From positions 17,869-81,868 of the forward strand of contig DASWZK010000016.1 in assembly GCA_036404515.1 (NCBI GenBank): DNA of 64,000 bases. Direction: 5' to 3'. Numbering within the stretch: position 1 is the stretch's first letter; each line of letters starts with the position of its first letter. The position numbers and the translations under genes are program-made. This DNA is from Candidatus Limnocylindrales bacterium (GTDB lineage Bacteria; Chloroflexota; Limnocylindria; Limnocylindrales; CSP1-4). This document shows positions 43,140-52,475 of this stretch, in pieces. Below the pieces are notes generated by a model, which saw only the letters and a list, made by a program, of their open reading frames with translations, made no database searches and had not been told where the DNA came from.

Positions 43140-44942
43140 ATGACCTTCCGCACGAGAACGGCTCCCAAGCCCACCCGTCGCCGAACCCGCCGCGACGACA
43201 CCCGCCGGGCGATCTACGTCACGCTCACCTTCACGCTCGCCATCGCTTCGGCGCTGGCGCTGATGGGTGGCGTCTTCGCCGCAAACTACTACAGCGCCCA
43301 CTGGGCACCCATCGGGGCGGTCGACGGCCAGGTCTTCAGCAAGGACGCCGTCGTAGACCGAGCGAATCTGGACCTGGCGATCTACAACGAGCAACTCGCC
43401 AACTATTCGACGCTGCGAAACCAGGCGAAGATCACCAGCAGCGACTACAGCACGTTGGCGAGCACGATCCAGACCAATTCGGACCCGTCGACGATCTACA
43501 CCAGCGCGCTGACCCAGCTGACCAACGAGGCCGAGCTTCAGCAGTACGCGGCGCAGAACGGTATCACGATCACCGATGCGCAGGTCGACGCCCAGATCCA
43601 GCTCGATGCCACCATCCCCGAGATGCGCCATGTCATGATCATCGGCGTGCAACCTCAGGCCACGCCTCCGGCCAGCTCACCCACTTTCTCCGACGTCGCC
43701 GCGGCCCAGACCAAGGCGGAGGGCTATCTCAAAGAGGTCCAGGGCGGCAAGGCGTGGGCCACCGTCGCGACTGAGGCGAATATCACTCAGACCGGTGCCA
43801 CTAACAGCGTCGGCGACATCGGCCTGGTGACCAAAGACCAGCTCAACCTCGACCCGGACCTGGCCGACGCCATCTTCGCCCTGAGCAAGCCGAATGACGT
43901 GACCGCCCTCTTCAAGGGAACGGACGGCGCCTTCCGGTTCGCCACGGTCACGACCATCCTGCCGTCATCGGTCGACCCGAACTGGCAGAGCGCGATCGCC
44001 AGCGCGTCCAGCGCCGACCTGTACCGGGCCTACGCGAAAGCCGAAGCCACTCAGAAGGCAGTCCAGAACGCCATCGAGGCCAAGTACATAAGTGGCCCGA
44101 CAGTCCAGCGCAATATCCTGGAGATCGCGATAGGGCCCGGCTATGGCCAGCCCGGTGACGGCGATGAGGTCAAGATCAGCATCATCGTGTTTGCCCCGAA
44201 CCACGACGAGGCGAACGCCTCCAGCGTGGCCACGACGGACCCCGCGTGGACCGACGCCTTGAACCGTGCCAACGCGGCCGTGGCCACCCTGCGTGCGGAT
44301 CCGTCGAAGTTCGCCACGATGGCCGCCGACACCACGGTCAATGACGATACGAACTGGGACACGTCGGGGGGCTCGATTCCGTGGATCCCTTCTGACCTGT
44401 TCAACGCCCAGACCGTCGGCGGATCCACGGGCCTCGGGCTTACGAACGTGCAGACCGCCGTCTTCGACCCGAGTGTCACTACAGGCACGATCCTCGCTCC
44501 GATCCAGGAGCCCTCGGAGGGCTACGTGGTCGTCCTGTTCCAGGGTCGGCGCCCGGCACCGGACCAGCGTATCGCCGATGCGATGCTGATGCTCAACGCC
44601 GGAACTCCTTTCACCACGGAAGCCATCCTGGCGTCGGAAGCGGCCGATGCGACCTCCGGCGGCGATCTGGGCTGGGTTTCGCCGTACATGCTCAACACCG
44701 ATCAGCAGGACGCGATCTGGCAGACTCCGGTCGGCGGTATCAGCAACATCGTGTCCGACTCCAACGGCTACTGGATCTACAAGGTGCTCAGCCAGGAGAC
44801 CAGGACTCCCGATGCCGCACAGCAGGCCAAGCTCAAGAACGTCGTCTTCTCGCACTGGCTGACCGCGTTCCAGGCGAATGCGCTGGTCTGGCAGGATTCG
44901 GCGGCGCTGACCGCGATGGCTCCTGCCTCTCCCACGCCATAG
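43140..44942 (+). CDS. membrane-anchored SurA/PrsA-like peptidyl-prolyl isomerase with parvulin (PpiC) domains
   Basis: 600 aa. Arg-rich N-terminus plus TM anchor. Two parvulin-type segments (IGLVTKDQL...; GGDLGWVSPYML). Confidence 0.7.
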   Translation: MTFRTRTAPKPTRRRTRRDDTRRAIYVTLTFTLAIASALALMGGVFAANYYSAHWAPIGAVDGQVFSKDAVVDRANLDLAIYNEQLANYSTLRNQAKITSSDYSTLASTIQTNSDPSTIYTSALTQLTNEAELQQYAAQNGITITDAQVDAQIQLDATIPEMRHVMIIGVQPQATPPASSPTFSDVAAAQTKAEGYLKEVQGGKAWATVATEANITQTGATNSVGDIGLVTKDQLNLDPDLADAIFALSKPNDVTALFKGTDGAFRFATVTTILPSSVDPNWQSAIASASSADLYRAYAKAEATQKAVQNAIEAKYISGPTVQRNILEIAIGPGYGQPGDGDEVKISIIVFAPNHDEANASSVATTDPAWTDALNRANAAVATLRADPSKFATMAADTTVNDDTNWDTSGGSIPWIPSDLFNAQTVGGSTGLGLTNVQTAVFDPSVTTGTILAPIQEPSEGYVVVLFQGRRPAPDQRIADAMLMLNAGTPFTTEAILASEAADATSGGDLGWVSPYMLNTDQQDAIWQTPVGGISNIVSDSNGYWIYKVLSQETRTPDAAQQAKLKNVVFSHWLTAFQANALVWQDSAALTAMAPASPTP

Positions 44943-44957
44943 CTGCTGCGGGATTGA

Positions 44958-46169
44958 GTGCTCGACGCGTGCGTCGCCGAGGCTAAGATCCGCTGGGGGT
45001 TCGACCCGGCGGCCGGGCTTCAGATCGCCGCGCCGGAGCGACTGTCGAGCACGCCCGTGGAACCCTCGCGGCCGTTGCTTCTCGTGCCGCTGGCACTGTT
45101 ACGGGTCGGCGGAGCGACCCAGGCCGAGGGATCGCCCTTGCCCGGCCGCCATGCATCGGCCGGGGCCGGGGCCGTGGGCGTCCTGCGACGTCTCTACCCC
45201 GCCGACCACGCAGTGGGCCGCATCGGCGTGGCCGAGTCCACGAGCGTCGGCGATCTCGACGAAGCCGCCCTGGCGACGCCGGTATTCGTGCCGCCGCTTC
45301 CTCCCGAGCGAGCCCTGGCGAGCCCGTGGGCCCTGCCGTGGATCTCCAACCGGCTGCGCCAACCCGACGGCTGCCCATGGGATCGCGAGCAGACCCACGC
45401 CTCCCTGAAGAAGCACCTGCTCGAAGAGGCCTACGAGGTCTACGACGCGCTCGACGAAGGCGCGACTCTCGACCTGGCCGGCGAGCTCGGCGACCTGTAT
45501 CTCCAGATAGTGCTCCACGCCCAGCTGGCCGCCGAGGCCGGAATCTTCGACCTCACCGACGTAGAGGAGATGATCGGCCGAAAGATCGTCCGCCGCCACC
45601 CCCACGTTTTCGGCGACGCGCAGGTGTCTACGGCGTCGGACGTGAACCGCCAGTGGGAGCAGATCAAGCGCGCCGAGCGCGAGGACGAGGCGGCCGGCGC
45701 CGGCGAAGGCGAGGTCCGGAGCGCCCTTGACGGCATCTCGCCATCGATGCCGGCCCTTGCCGCCGCACAGGAGATGCAGGAACGGGCCGCCCACCTCGGC
45801 TACGACTGGCCCGAGATCGTCGGCATACTCGCCAAGATAGAGGAGGAGCTGGCCGAGCTGGCCGCGGCTACGACGGACGTAGAGAGACACGAGGAAGTGG
45901 GCGACCTGCTGCTGGTGGTGACCAATCTCGCCCGGCGCAGCGGCGTCGAGGCTGAGGCAGCGTTGCGGGCCGCGGCCGAGAAGTTCCGCAACCGTTTCCG
46001 GCGGGTGGAGCGGATGGCCCGCGAACGCGACGCTCAGCTTCGAGACATGACCTTCGCCGAACTCGACGAGTTGTGGGATGCTGCGAAGGCCGAGGCGCGA
46101 GCCGAGGCCGCGGACCGCGCGACGGCGGTGCGCCGTGCACCGGCGGCAGATGCGGAGGCAGCACGATGA
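44958..46169 (+). CDS. mazG: nucleoside triphosphate pyrophosphohydrolase MazG (tandem MazG domains)
   Basis: Two MazG/EEYE domains (CPWDREQTHASLKKHLLEEAYEVYDAL; LAKIEEELAELA). ~120-aa N-terminal extension, so the true start may be internal. Confidence 0.75.
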   Translation: MLDACVAEAKIRWGFDPAAGLQIAAPERLSSTPVEPSRPLLLVPLALLRVGGATQAEGSPLPGRHASAGAGAVGVLRRLYPADHAVGRIGVAESTSVGDLDEAALATPVFVPPLPPERALASPWALPWISNRLRQPDGCPWDREQTHASLKKHLLEEAYEVYDALDEGATLDLAGELGDLYLQIVLHAQLAAEAGIFDLTDVEEMIGRKIVRRHPHVFGDAQVSTASDVNRQWEQIKRAEREDEAAGAGEGEVRSALDGISPSMPALAAAQEMQERAAHLGYDWPEIVGILAKIEEELAELAAATTDVERHEEVGDLLLVVTNLARRSGVEAEAALRAAAEKFRNRFRRVERMARERDAQLRDMTFAELDELWDAAKAEARAEAADRATAVRRAPAADAEAAR

Positions 46170-46900
46170 CGATAGGGGCTCAGTCGTTGCAGCGAGCCGA
46201 CGGCCGCCTTCCCGGCGACCTGCGGCCGGTGACGTTCAGCCTGGGCGTGCAGAAGTGGGCCGAGGGATCCTGTCTGATCAAGCTCGGCGGCACGGAGGTT
46301 CTGTGCGCGGCCACCATCGAGGACAAGATTCCACCCCACCTCCGCGGCAAGGGCACGGGCTGGGTGACGGCCGAGTACAGCATGCTGCCACGGGCCACCA
46401 GCGAACGAAACGTCCGCGAGGCCGCCAAGGGCAAGCTCGGCGGGCGAACGTACGAGATCCAGCGGCTGGTCGGTCGGTCGCTGCGTGGCATCGTGGACAT
46501 GTCCAAGCTGGGCGAACGCACGATCACGGTCGACTGCGACGTGCTCAACGCCGACGGCGGAACGCGCACCGCGTCCATCACCGGCGGCTGGGTGGCTCTG
46601 GCAGCGGCCTTGCGCACCTATGGCATGGAGCGCTGCCTCCTCGGGCGGGTGGCCGCCGTCAGCGTCGGCATAGTCGGCGGTGTGACCTACCTCGACCTCG
46701 ACTATTCGGAGGACTCGAAGGCCGACGTGGACTTCAACATCGTGGCCACGGATGCCGGCCGGTACGTGGAGCTGCAGGGCACAGCCGAAGGCAAGTCGTT
46801 CGACCGATCAGATGTCGACCGCATGCTCGATCTTGCGGCCGGCGGGCTCGACCGGCTGTTCGCGGCCCAGGCCGAGGCGATCGCCTCGGTCAAGCGCTAG
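46166..46900 (+). CDS. rph: ribonuclease PH
   Basis: 244 aa. RADGR, GSCLIKLGGTEVLCAA, TDAGG motifs. ATGA overlap with mazG. Confidence 0.9.
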   Translation: MTIGAQSLQRADGRLPGDLRPVTFSLGVQKWAEGSCLIKLGGTEVLCAATIEDKIPPHLRGKGTGWVTAEYSMLPRATSERNVREAAKGKLGGRTYEIQRLVGRSLRGIVDMSKLGERTITVDCDVLNADGGTRTASITGGWVALAAALRTYGMERCLLGRVAAVSVGIVGGVTYLDLDYSEDSKADVDFNIVATDAGRYVELQGTAEGKSFDRSDVDRMLDLAAGGLDRLFAAQAEAIASVKR

Positions 46901-46930
46901 CCGGCTTTGGCCCAGGTCGCGGGGCCGGCG

Positions 46931-47566
46931 ATGGCGCTCGATCGATCGCGCCTGCTGGTAGCCACTCGTTCAGTGCACAAGCTTCGCGAGCTTCACGAGC
47001 TGCTGGGCATCGCAGCCGACCTCATCGACCTCGACGACGTCGGGATAGCCGATGAAGCCGTGGAGGACGGCGAAACGTTCGAAGCCAACGCTTCGAAGAA
47101 GGCGCGCTTCTTCGCCGCCCTGTCTGGCCTGCCTACACTGGCCGACGATTCCGGCCTCGAGGTGAGTGCACTCGGTGGCGGTCCGGGCGTCCGTACGCGG
47201 CGGTATGCCGGGGAGAACGCCACGGACGAGGAGAACAACGCCAACCTGCTCGCGGCTCTCGACGGGCTGGCGGCACCACATCGCGGCGCACGCTATCGAT
47301 GCGTCCTGGCGCTGGCCCTGCCGGAAGCTCGCGGGCCGCGGGGCGGGATTCCGGTCAGGCTGGCCCACGGCACGCTCGAAGGCAGGATCGCAAAGGTCCC
47401 GAAGGGCACCGGCGGCTTCGGCTACGACCCCATTTTCGAGCCGGCGGTCGAGCCGCCCGGCGGCCGAACGCTCGGCGAGTGGACGGCCACGGCCAAGAAC
47501 CGCATCTCCCACCGCGGCAAGGCCGCCCGGCGTATGCATCGCATCCTGGCCGACCTTGGATTTTGA
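46931..47566 (+). CDS. rdgB: dITP/XTP pyrophosphatase RdgB/Ham1
   Basis: Motifs LVATRSVHKLREL, ENA..KA, SGLEV, FGYDPIFEP, SHRG. Classic rph-rdgB pair. Confidence 0.85.
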   Translation: MALDRSRLLVATRSVHKLRELHELLGIAADLIDLDDVGIADEAVEDGETFEANASKKARFFAALSGLPTLADDSGLEVSALGGGPGVRTRRYAGENATDEENNANLLAALDGLAAPHRGARYRCVLALALPEARGPRGGIPVRLAHGTLEGRIAKVPKGTGGFGYDPIFEPAVEPPGGRTLGEWTATAKNRISHRGKAARRMHRILADLGF

Positions 47567-47689
47567 CCCGGGCCCGGCGAGCTCAATCTCGACTTTGGGC
47601 GTGTGGCGGCGGCTCCATGGCAGCGACTCAGGCGCGGCTTCCGAGCCAGGCATCGAGGCCTGCCGCGACAGAAGCGTCATCCTGTACTG

Positions 47690-48291
47690 GTGAGCGAGAC
47701 CTTGAAGTTGACCGTCGGGCGTTCGGGCAGAACGCCGGCGACGATTGAGCTGGAACGGGGCGACATCACCCTCGTTCGAGTCGACGCGATAGTGGACGCA
47801 GCCAACTCGGAGCTCGCGGGCGGCGGGGGCTGGACGGGGCGATCCACCGCGCCGCCGGGCCGGAGCTGATGGCCGAATTGAGATCGCGCTATCAAGGCTG
47901 CCCGACCGGAAGTGCCGTGATCACGGCGTCCGGCCGGCTGGCCGAGCGCGGCGTCAGCTGGGTTATCCACGCCGTGGGCCCGATCTGGAGAGGCGGCCGG
48001 GCCGAAGAGAAGGCTCACCTGCGGTCTGCATATCAGACCGCACTTCGCCTGGCCGACGAGGCCGGCGCGCGAAGCGTCGCCTTCCCGGCCATCAGCTGCG
48101 GCGTCTACGGTTACCCCCTGGATCTGGCGGCCGCAGTCGCCCTGCGGTCCGTCGGCGATGGCCTGGCATCAGCCGGAACGGTCGAACGAGCGGTTTTCGT
48201 GATGTTCGACGACAGGGCCTTCGAAGCCTTCCGGCGCGCCCTGGCCGATCTCTCTGGCGGCTCCTCAGGCGTCCGAGCTAGGCGGACGTAG
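47690..48291 (+). pseudogene. macro-domain (MacroD/YmdB-like ADP-ribose hydrolase) gene interrupted by a 1-nt deletion near 47830
   Basis: Track ORFs 47603..47869 and 47869..48291 together give ...GDITLVRVDAIVDAANSELAGGGG | (expected VDGAIHRAAGPEL) MAELRSRYQGCPTGSAVIT...VIHAVGPIWRGG. Restoring a single G in ggc-(g)tgg-ac fuses the two frames into a canonical macro domain. Confidence 0.7.
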
Positions 48292-48426
48292 CTTCGTCGG
48301 TGGATCTGGAGAGTAGCAGAGCCGGACGCCCCAGCCGCCCGGTCGTCGGCGCAGCCAACCAGTTCTCGCCGCGGCTTGATCGGAGGAAACGGCGCGCTCG
48401 CTCGAGGCCGCATGATTGGCGCCGCT

Positions 48427-48470
48427 CGGGGTGTGTCGTAGTGGCTAACGCACATGCTTCGGGAGCCGCC
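48427..48470 (+). repeat. partial, diverged tRNA-Pro-like sequence (5' half; anticodon-position CGG)
   Basis: cggggtgtgtcgtagtggctaacgcacatgcttcgggagc is about 80% identical, with one indel, to the first 44 nt of the intact tRNA-Pro at 49385. D and anticodon stems no longer pair. A weaker T-arm/acceptor-like remnant lies ~70 nt further on (ccggttcgcgaccacc). Confidence 0.5.
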
Positions 48471-48800
48471 TGGCGATAAGCGGTGGAGCTGAGGCAGTTC
48501 TGAGCGCGGCGGGCCGAGCGGTGAAGGCACCGATTGGTGTCCGGTTCGCGACCACCGTCGACCGCAGCACGCCAGCCAGTCAGCTGTGTGGAACAACCCG
48601 CTCGTGCAGTGCCACGCGTGGTTCGTTCACCGCGTTGCAGCTCACGGCTATGGTCGCGTGCCGAGCCCCGGAGCGCCTCCCGGCCAGGCGTGATCCATCA
48701 GGTCGCTGTACTCTTCTTGGTCTTCCGCTGCTGGGCGCTCTTGCCGCCTCTGCTCCACCCAAAGTCACAGAGTTAGCACTAGATCAACGGAGGTCCCAAT

Positions 48801-49238
48801 ATGCTCGGTCGAAAGGATTACACGCAGGAAGAATTCGACCACGCCAGGTCTGCCGTTGAAATGCAGCTCGCCGCGTACAAGAAGTTTGTTGGTGTCCGCA
48901 CAAGCGAGACAATCGACAAGACAGCCCAGTCTGCGCTGGGAGACTTCGAAGGACTGTTCTTCAATAACATGACCCTGGTCCTCGACCGCCACTTCGTACA
49001 TAGGCTCCGAACGATGGCAGGCAAGGACGGCAACCCGCTCCATGAAGTCGAGATGATTTGCGACTCCGTGATGAACAACGCTGGGATCCTGCGAGGAAAC
49101 AATGTAGTCAAGTACATTCCTGATCAATCCGTCGTGAAGCTCAATATTGGCGACCGGATTCGCCTAACGGCGGAGGAGTTCGAACGCCTCTCAGCGGCCT
49201 TCTTCGCAGAGTCGGAGCACCGTTTTCTTCAGTCCTGA
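48801..49238 (+). CDS. hypothetical protein on AT-richer islet
   Basis: 145 aa. GGAGG SD 8 nt upstream of the ATG. GC visibly ~50-55% against ~70% background, and codon usage unlike the neighbouring genes. No family recognised. Confidence 0.55.
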   Translation: MLGRKDYTQEEFDHARSAVEMQLAAYKKFVGVRTSETIDKTAQSALGDFEGLFFNNMTLVLDRHFVHRLRTMAGKDGNPLHEVEMICDSVMNNAGILRGNNVVKYIPDQSVVKLNIGDRIRLTAEEFERLSAAFFAESEHRFLQS

Positions 49239-49384
49239 CTGGCGTCGTCGGCGTGTGCTAAACCGGAAGGGGGCACAGGGGGTTGAACGCGGCGAGGTGA
49301 CGAGCCTCGACCACGCGAAGTGCCGTTAGCGAGGATGCTGGACGACCGTGTGAGTATCGTAAGATATTCACGCTGGAAACACGT

Positions 49385-49459
49385 CGGGGTGTGGCCTAGC
49401 GGCAAGGCACGTGCTTTGGGAGCACGAGATCGTGGGTTCGAATCCCACCGCCCCGACCA
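49385..49459 (+). tRNA. tRNA-Pro (anticodon UGG)
   Basis: Manual cloverleaf: acceptor CGGGGTG/CGCCCCG (C1:G72, one G.U), D stem GCCT/AGGC, anticodon stem CGTGC/GCACG, loop TTTGGGA, T arm GTGGG-TTCGAAT-CCCAC, discriminator A, encoded CCA. Confidence 0.9.
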
Positions 49460-49900
49460 ACCCTTCTTCCGCCGGTGGAGAACGAGCGGAAGATGACTTC
49501 GCTTCCCAGCCGGTTCGACAAGCTTCGGCCGTACCGACCGGCGCTGCGACGACGATGTTCACGGGCGCTGAACCGAATGGGGCGCAGACAAGTCTAGTAC
49601 GTGTAGCGAACCGTCGTGACCCGGTTCGAGGCAGTCCTGGCCACACAGCATCGAGGCAATCTGAGGGGAGCAACAAGAGGCGAGTAGCCGAGAAGAACCT
49701 TGGCCTGTTTCTTTCGCCGGGGGGCGATTACGGGGGCGGAATCCTAACGCCCATGAATAGCTTGAGCGTAGGGCCCGGGGAGCCCGGTCCGGGGGACGAA
49801 TGGCAGATCCCCGCCGAGCAGATCGATGGACCCACCGGCGAGGACGGGCCGACCACCGAGCCGACCCGTCCGACGGACGGCGAAGCGCGTCGTCGCGAGC

Positions 49901-49928
49901 CGTAGGAACGGACCGACTGCTTCCTACG
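49901..49928 (+). terminator. perfect 8-bp stem / 12-nt loop hairpin (cgtaggaa...ttcctacg), no U-tract
   Basis: Read directly. Sits at the end of a doubtful 50-aa acidic ORF (49753..49905) downstream of tRNA-Pro. Confidence 0.25.
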
Positions 49929-50052
49929 CCCGACCGGCTGGACTGCGTCGGCTGAACGCAGATCGCCGCCCGGCGCACCTTCGGGGCGAGTCGACGGTAG
50001 CCGAGCCCGACCGGTTGTTCCGCGACGGCGCGCACTCCGCGCGCCGCGGCTT

Positions 50053-50553
50053 CTACTCGCCGAGCAGCTGGAAGTGGACCGTTCGGACGCGGTCCCGCAC
50101 GCCGTCGAAGTCTACGAAGTAGATCTGGCCGAACTGGCCGAGCTCGATCTTGCCGTCGATTATCGGGATCGTCTCCGATCGGCCGATCAAGGCGGATCGG
50201 ATGTGGGCGTCCGTGTTCAGGCTCCAGACCGCCTCTTCTCCAAGGTCCTCCACGGCATGCTTGATGTGCTCCGGGCCCGGGTGCAGGTACTGACCCTCAC
50301 GCCGGCAGGTCGGCGCCAGGACTTCCAGGCGATCGAGCATGTCCTGAAGCAGATGCTTTGTCCCGTCGTACAGCGTGTCGTGCGATTCCTCCTGGATGAT
50401 CACGCTGCACGTCGTGTGGGCCGAGTACACGGTGATCGTGCCGTTTCGGATTCCCGATTGGGCGAGGGCGGCCCTGGCAGCGTCCGTGACATCGTGGAAC
50501 ATCGGCTTGTGGAGGTGGCTGCGAACCTCGATCGCGTTGTGGAAGACAGTCAA
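50053..50553 (-). CDS. yjbQ: YjbQ family (UPF0047, secondary thiamine-phosphate synthase-like) protein
   Basis: 166 aa. Characteristic YjbQ pattern (GTITVYSAHTTCSVIIQE...HIKHA). Confidence 0.75.
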   Translation of the reverse strand: MTVFHNAIEVRSHLHKPMFHDVTDAARAALAQSGIRNGTITVYSAHTTCSVIIQEESHDTLYDGTKHLLQDMLDRLEVLAPTCRREGQYLHPGPEHIKHAVEDLGEEAVWSLNTDAHIRSALIGRSETIPIIDGKIELGQFGQIYFVDFDGVRDRVRTVHFQLLGE

Positions 50554-50638
50554 CCCGGTAGCTCCTCTCTTGTGGTTCTTGCGAGCGACAGCCCAACAAA
50601 CCGAGGCAGGGCGAGCGTCCCTTTCACCAGATACGGCA

Positions 50639-51352
50639 TCAACTTGGGTGCAGCTGTTCCCAGGCTGCTTTCATGGCCCGGATCATGGCCCGCATCTGCC
50701 CAACCGGATCCTCCGCCTTTAGGATGCCGCTCGTGGACCCTGTCGCTCCAACCCCCAGCGCGACCATGGCCGCGACGTCCTCGGGCGTCCTGATTCCGGC
50801 GCTGCACATGACGACGATCTCAGGGTTGATCCGGCCGACCAGATCGATCGTCCGCTCGACGAACCCGCGCATCTCGCTCGCGACCGATCTATCGCCGCCG
50901 ATCAGCTCGGGCGGCTCGGCAAGGACGATGTTCGGACCGAGCTGGGCGACCGCGGCAGCCTCCTCCGGCGAATCGGTGCAGACCATAGTGACGAGGCCGA
51001 CTTCGTCGGCGCGCTTGATCGCGCCGCTGATCTCGGCCAGCGTCATCCTCCGCTCCGAGTGGTTGAGCATCGTCCCGACGGCTCCGGCCTCCTTGAGGGC
51101 CTCGGGCAACACCATCCCCGCCCCCCGGCCGACCTCCACCGGGTCCATGTGTTGCGAGAACACGAAGAGGTGCTGCGTGGCCCGCGCGATCGCCGGGATA
51201 TCGACGTACTGCGGGTCGAAGATGACGCCCACCCCGCACTCTTCGCTGACTCGGTCGGCTTCTACCGCCAGGCGGACGGCGGCCTCACCGTAGAGATAGC
51301 CCTTGAGGCCTATCTCGAAAAGAGGCTTCTGGAGACGGATCCCCTTGTACAC
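50639..51352 (-). CDS. tpiA: triosephosphate isomerase, archaeal type
   Basis: 237 aa. Matches short archaeal TIMs (PQYVD, LNHSERR, EPPELIGG, CSAGIRTPEDV) rather than the ~250-aa bacterial TIM. Confidence 0.75.
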   Translation of the reverse strand: MYKGIRLQKPLFEIGLKGYLYGEAAVRLAVEADRVSEECGVGVIFDPQYVDIPAIARATQHLFVFSQHMDPVEVGRGAGMVLPEALKEAGAVGTMLNHSERRMTLAEISGAIKRADEVGLVTMVCTDSPEEAAAVAQLGPNIVLAEPPELIGGDRSVASEMRGFVERTIDLVGRINPEIVVMCSAGIRTPEDVAAMVALGVGATGSTSGILKAEDPVGQMRAMIRAMKAAWEQLHPS

Positions 51353-51470
51353 GTTCGCCCCTCAGTCACGGATTCCGGGGGATGCGAGCCGTTTGGTGAG
51401 CGGCTGGCTCTTGCGCAGATGGACGCCCGGCCGGGTCCCGAGCCGGGTCGTGTTCGGCCGTCCCGCCAGT

Positions 51471-52475
51471 TCAACGAACTCGGAAACCACCGCTCTCCCG
51501 CTCGACCGAAGTCACACGCTCGAGCCCGTCGAACAGCACGAACGCGGTCTCCGTCTCGAGCGACTCGCCGGGCGCCAGGGCACGGGTGCGGCCGGCCGCC
51601 CCGGCCTGCTGAAGCTCCATGGGATAGCCCGTCCACGGCTCAAGACAAAGGTGGTAGTGGCCCCGCCATCCCCCGTAGACCTGCCACAGCCAGGCGTACG
51701 GAAAGACGTCGCGGGAGAACGCGAGGGCAACCCCGCGCCGGGTTGCCGAATCGGTGAGGGCCAGCCATCCTTCCCGCAGGTCGGTAGCCCAATGACCGCC
51801 GAAGACGGCCACTGAAGCCGCCAGGATTCGGCGCGCATCGCGGGTTCCGTTCGGGGCGGCTGAATCGGGCTGGTCGGGCCAGGCGTACGAAGCGCCAACC
51901 TCGCCCATCACTGGTCCGGAAGAGACTCCCACGAGCATCTGCACGGCCGGCAGGTCGATGCGGTGGGCCGGCGTCACGGCGAAACACGGGTGGATCCCCC
52001 AGAGGAACGGGAGCGGCCGATAGTCGAGATTCGTCAGCCGGTAGCGCACTCGAAGCACGGGCTCGTCGCCCCGCAGCTCCATCGTCCGCTCGAGGCGCGC
52101 CGGTGCGATCGTTCCAAACGCCGCCGCCTCGATCCAGGCGCGCCCCTCGGCCATTCCGGCCGTCGCGCTCCACGGTACGGACCAGAGCTCGCCCATGTAG
52201 GGGAGCGGTTCGCCATGAAGTTCGGCCCGGTCTCCGGTTGGGAAGATCTCGTCCCACCCGCCCGACCACCAATCGTCGAAATTGGCTCCATACGGCGCCC
52301 GTCGCGGGGACGTCCGATGGTTGGACCAGAGGAGGTTGCGGTCGGCCGCCTTGTCGACCAGCTCCGGAACGTGTCCGCCGAGTTCCGGCAGCACCGCGAC
52401 CCGAAGTGCCGCGTTCTCCAGGATCAGGGCGGGAATGCCATTGAGGCTCCAGCCATCGATGACCCGAGCGCTCAC
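51471..52475 (-). CDS. aldose 1-epimerase (mutarotase)-like beta-sandwich protein
   Basis: 334 aa. Mutarotase-like spacing of His/Glu residues and W-rich beta strands. Assignment moderate. Confidence 0.5.
   Translation of the reverse strand: MSARVIDGWSLNGIPALILENAALRVAVLPELGGHVPELVDKAADRNLLWSNHRTSPRRAPYGANFDDWWSGGWDEIFPTGDRAELHGEPLPYMGELWSVPWSATAGMAEGRAWIEAAAFGTIAPARLERTMELRGDEPVLRVRYRLTNLDYRPLPFLWGIHPCFAVTPAHRIDLPAVQMLVGVSSGPVMGEVGASYAWPDQPDSAAPNGTRDARRILAASVAVFGGHWATDLREGWLALTDSATRRGVALAFSRDVFPYAWLWQVYGGWRGHYHLCLEPWTGYPMELQQAGAAGRTRALAPGESLETETAFVLFDGLERVTSVERESGGFRVR

Noticed and set aside
46078-47055. 325-aa ORF spanning rph/rdgB in another frame
   Set aside because: Arg-rich translation. 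rph and rdgB have unmistakable motifs in their own frames.
48536-48570. T-arm/acceptor-like sequence (ccggttcgcgaccaccgtcgaccg) as the 3' half of a second tRNA
   Set aside because: It is too degenerate to fold. T and acceptor stems do not pair, and it is separated from the 5'-half copy by ~70 nt. Treated only as weak supporting evidence for a decayed tRNA.
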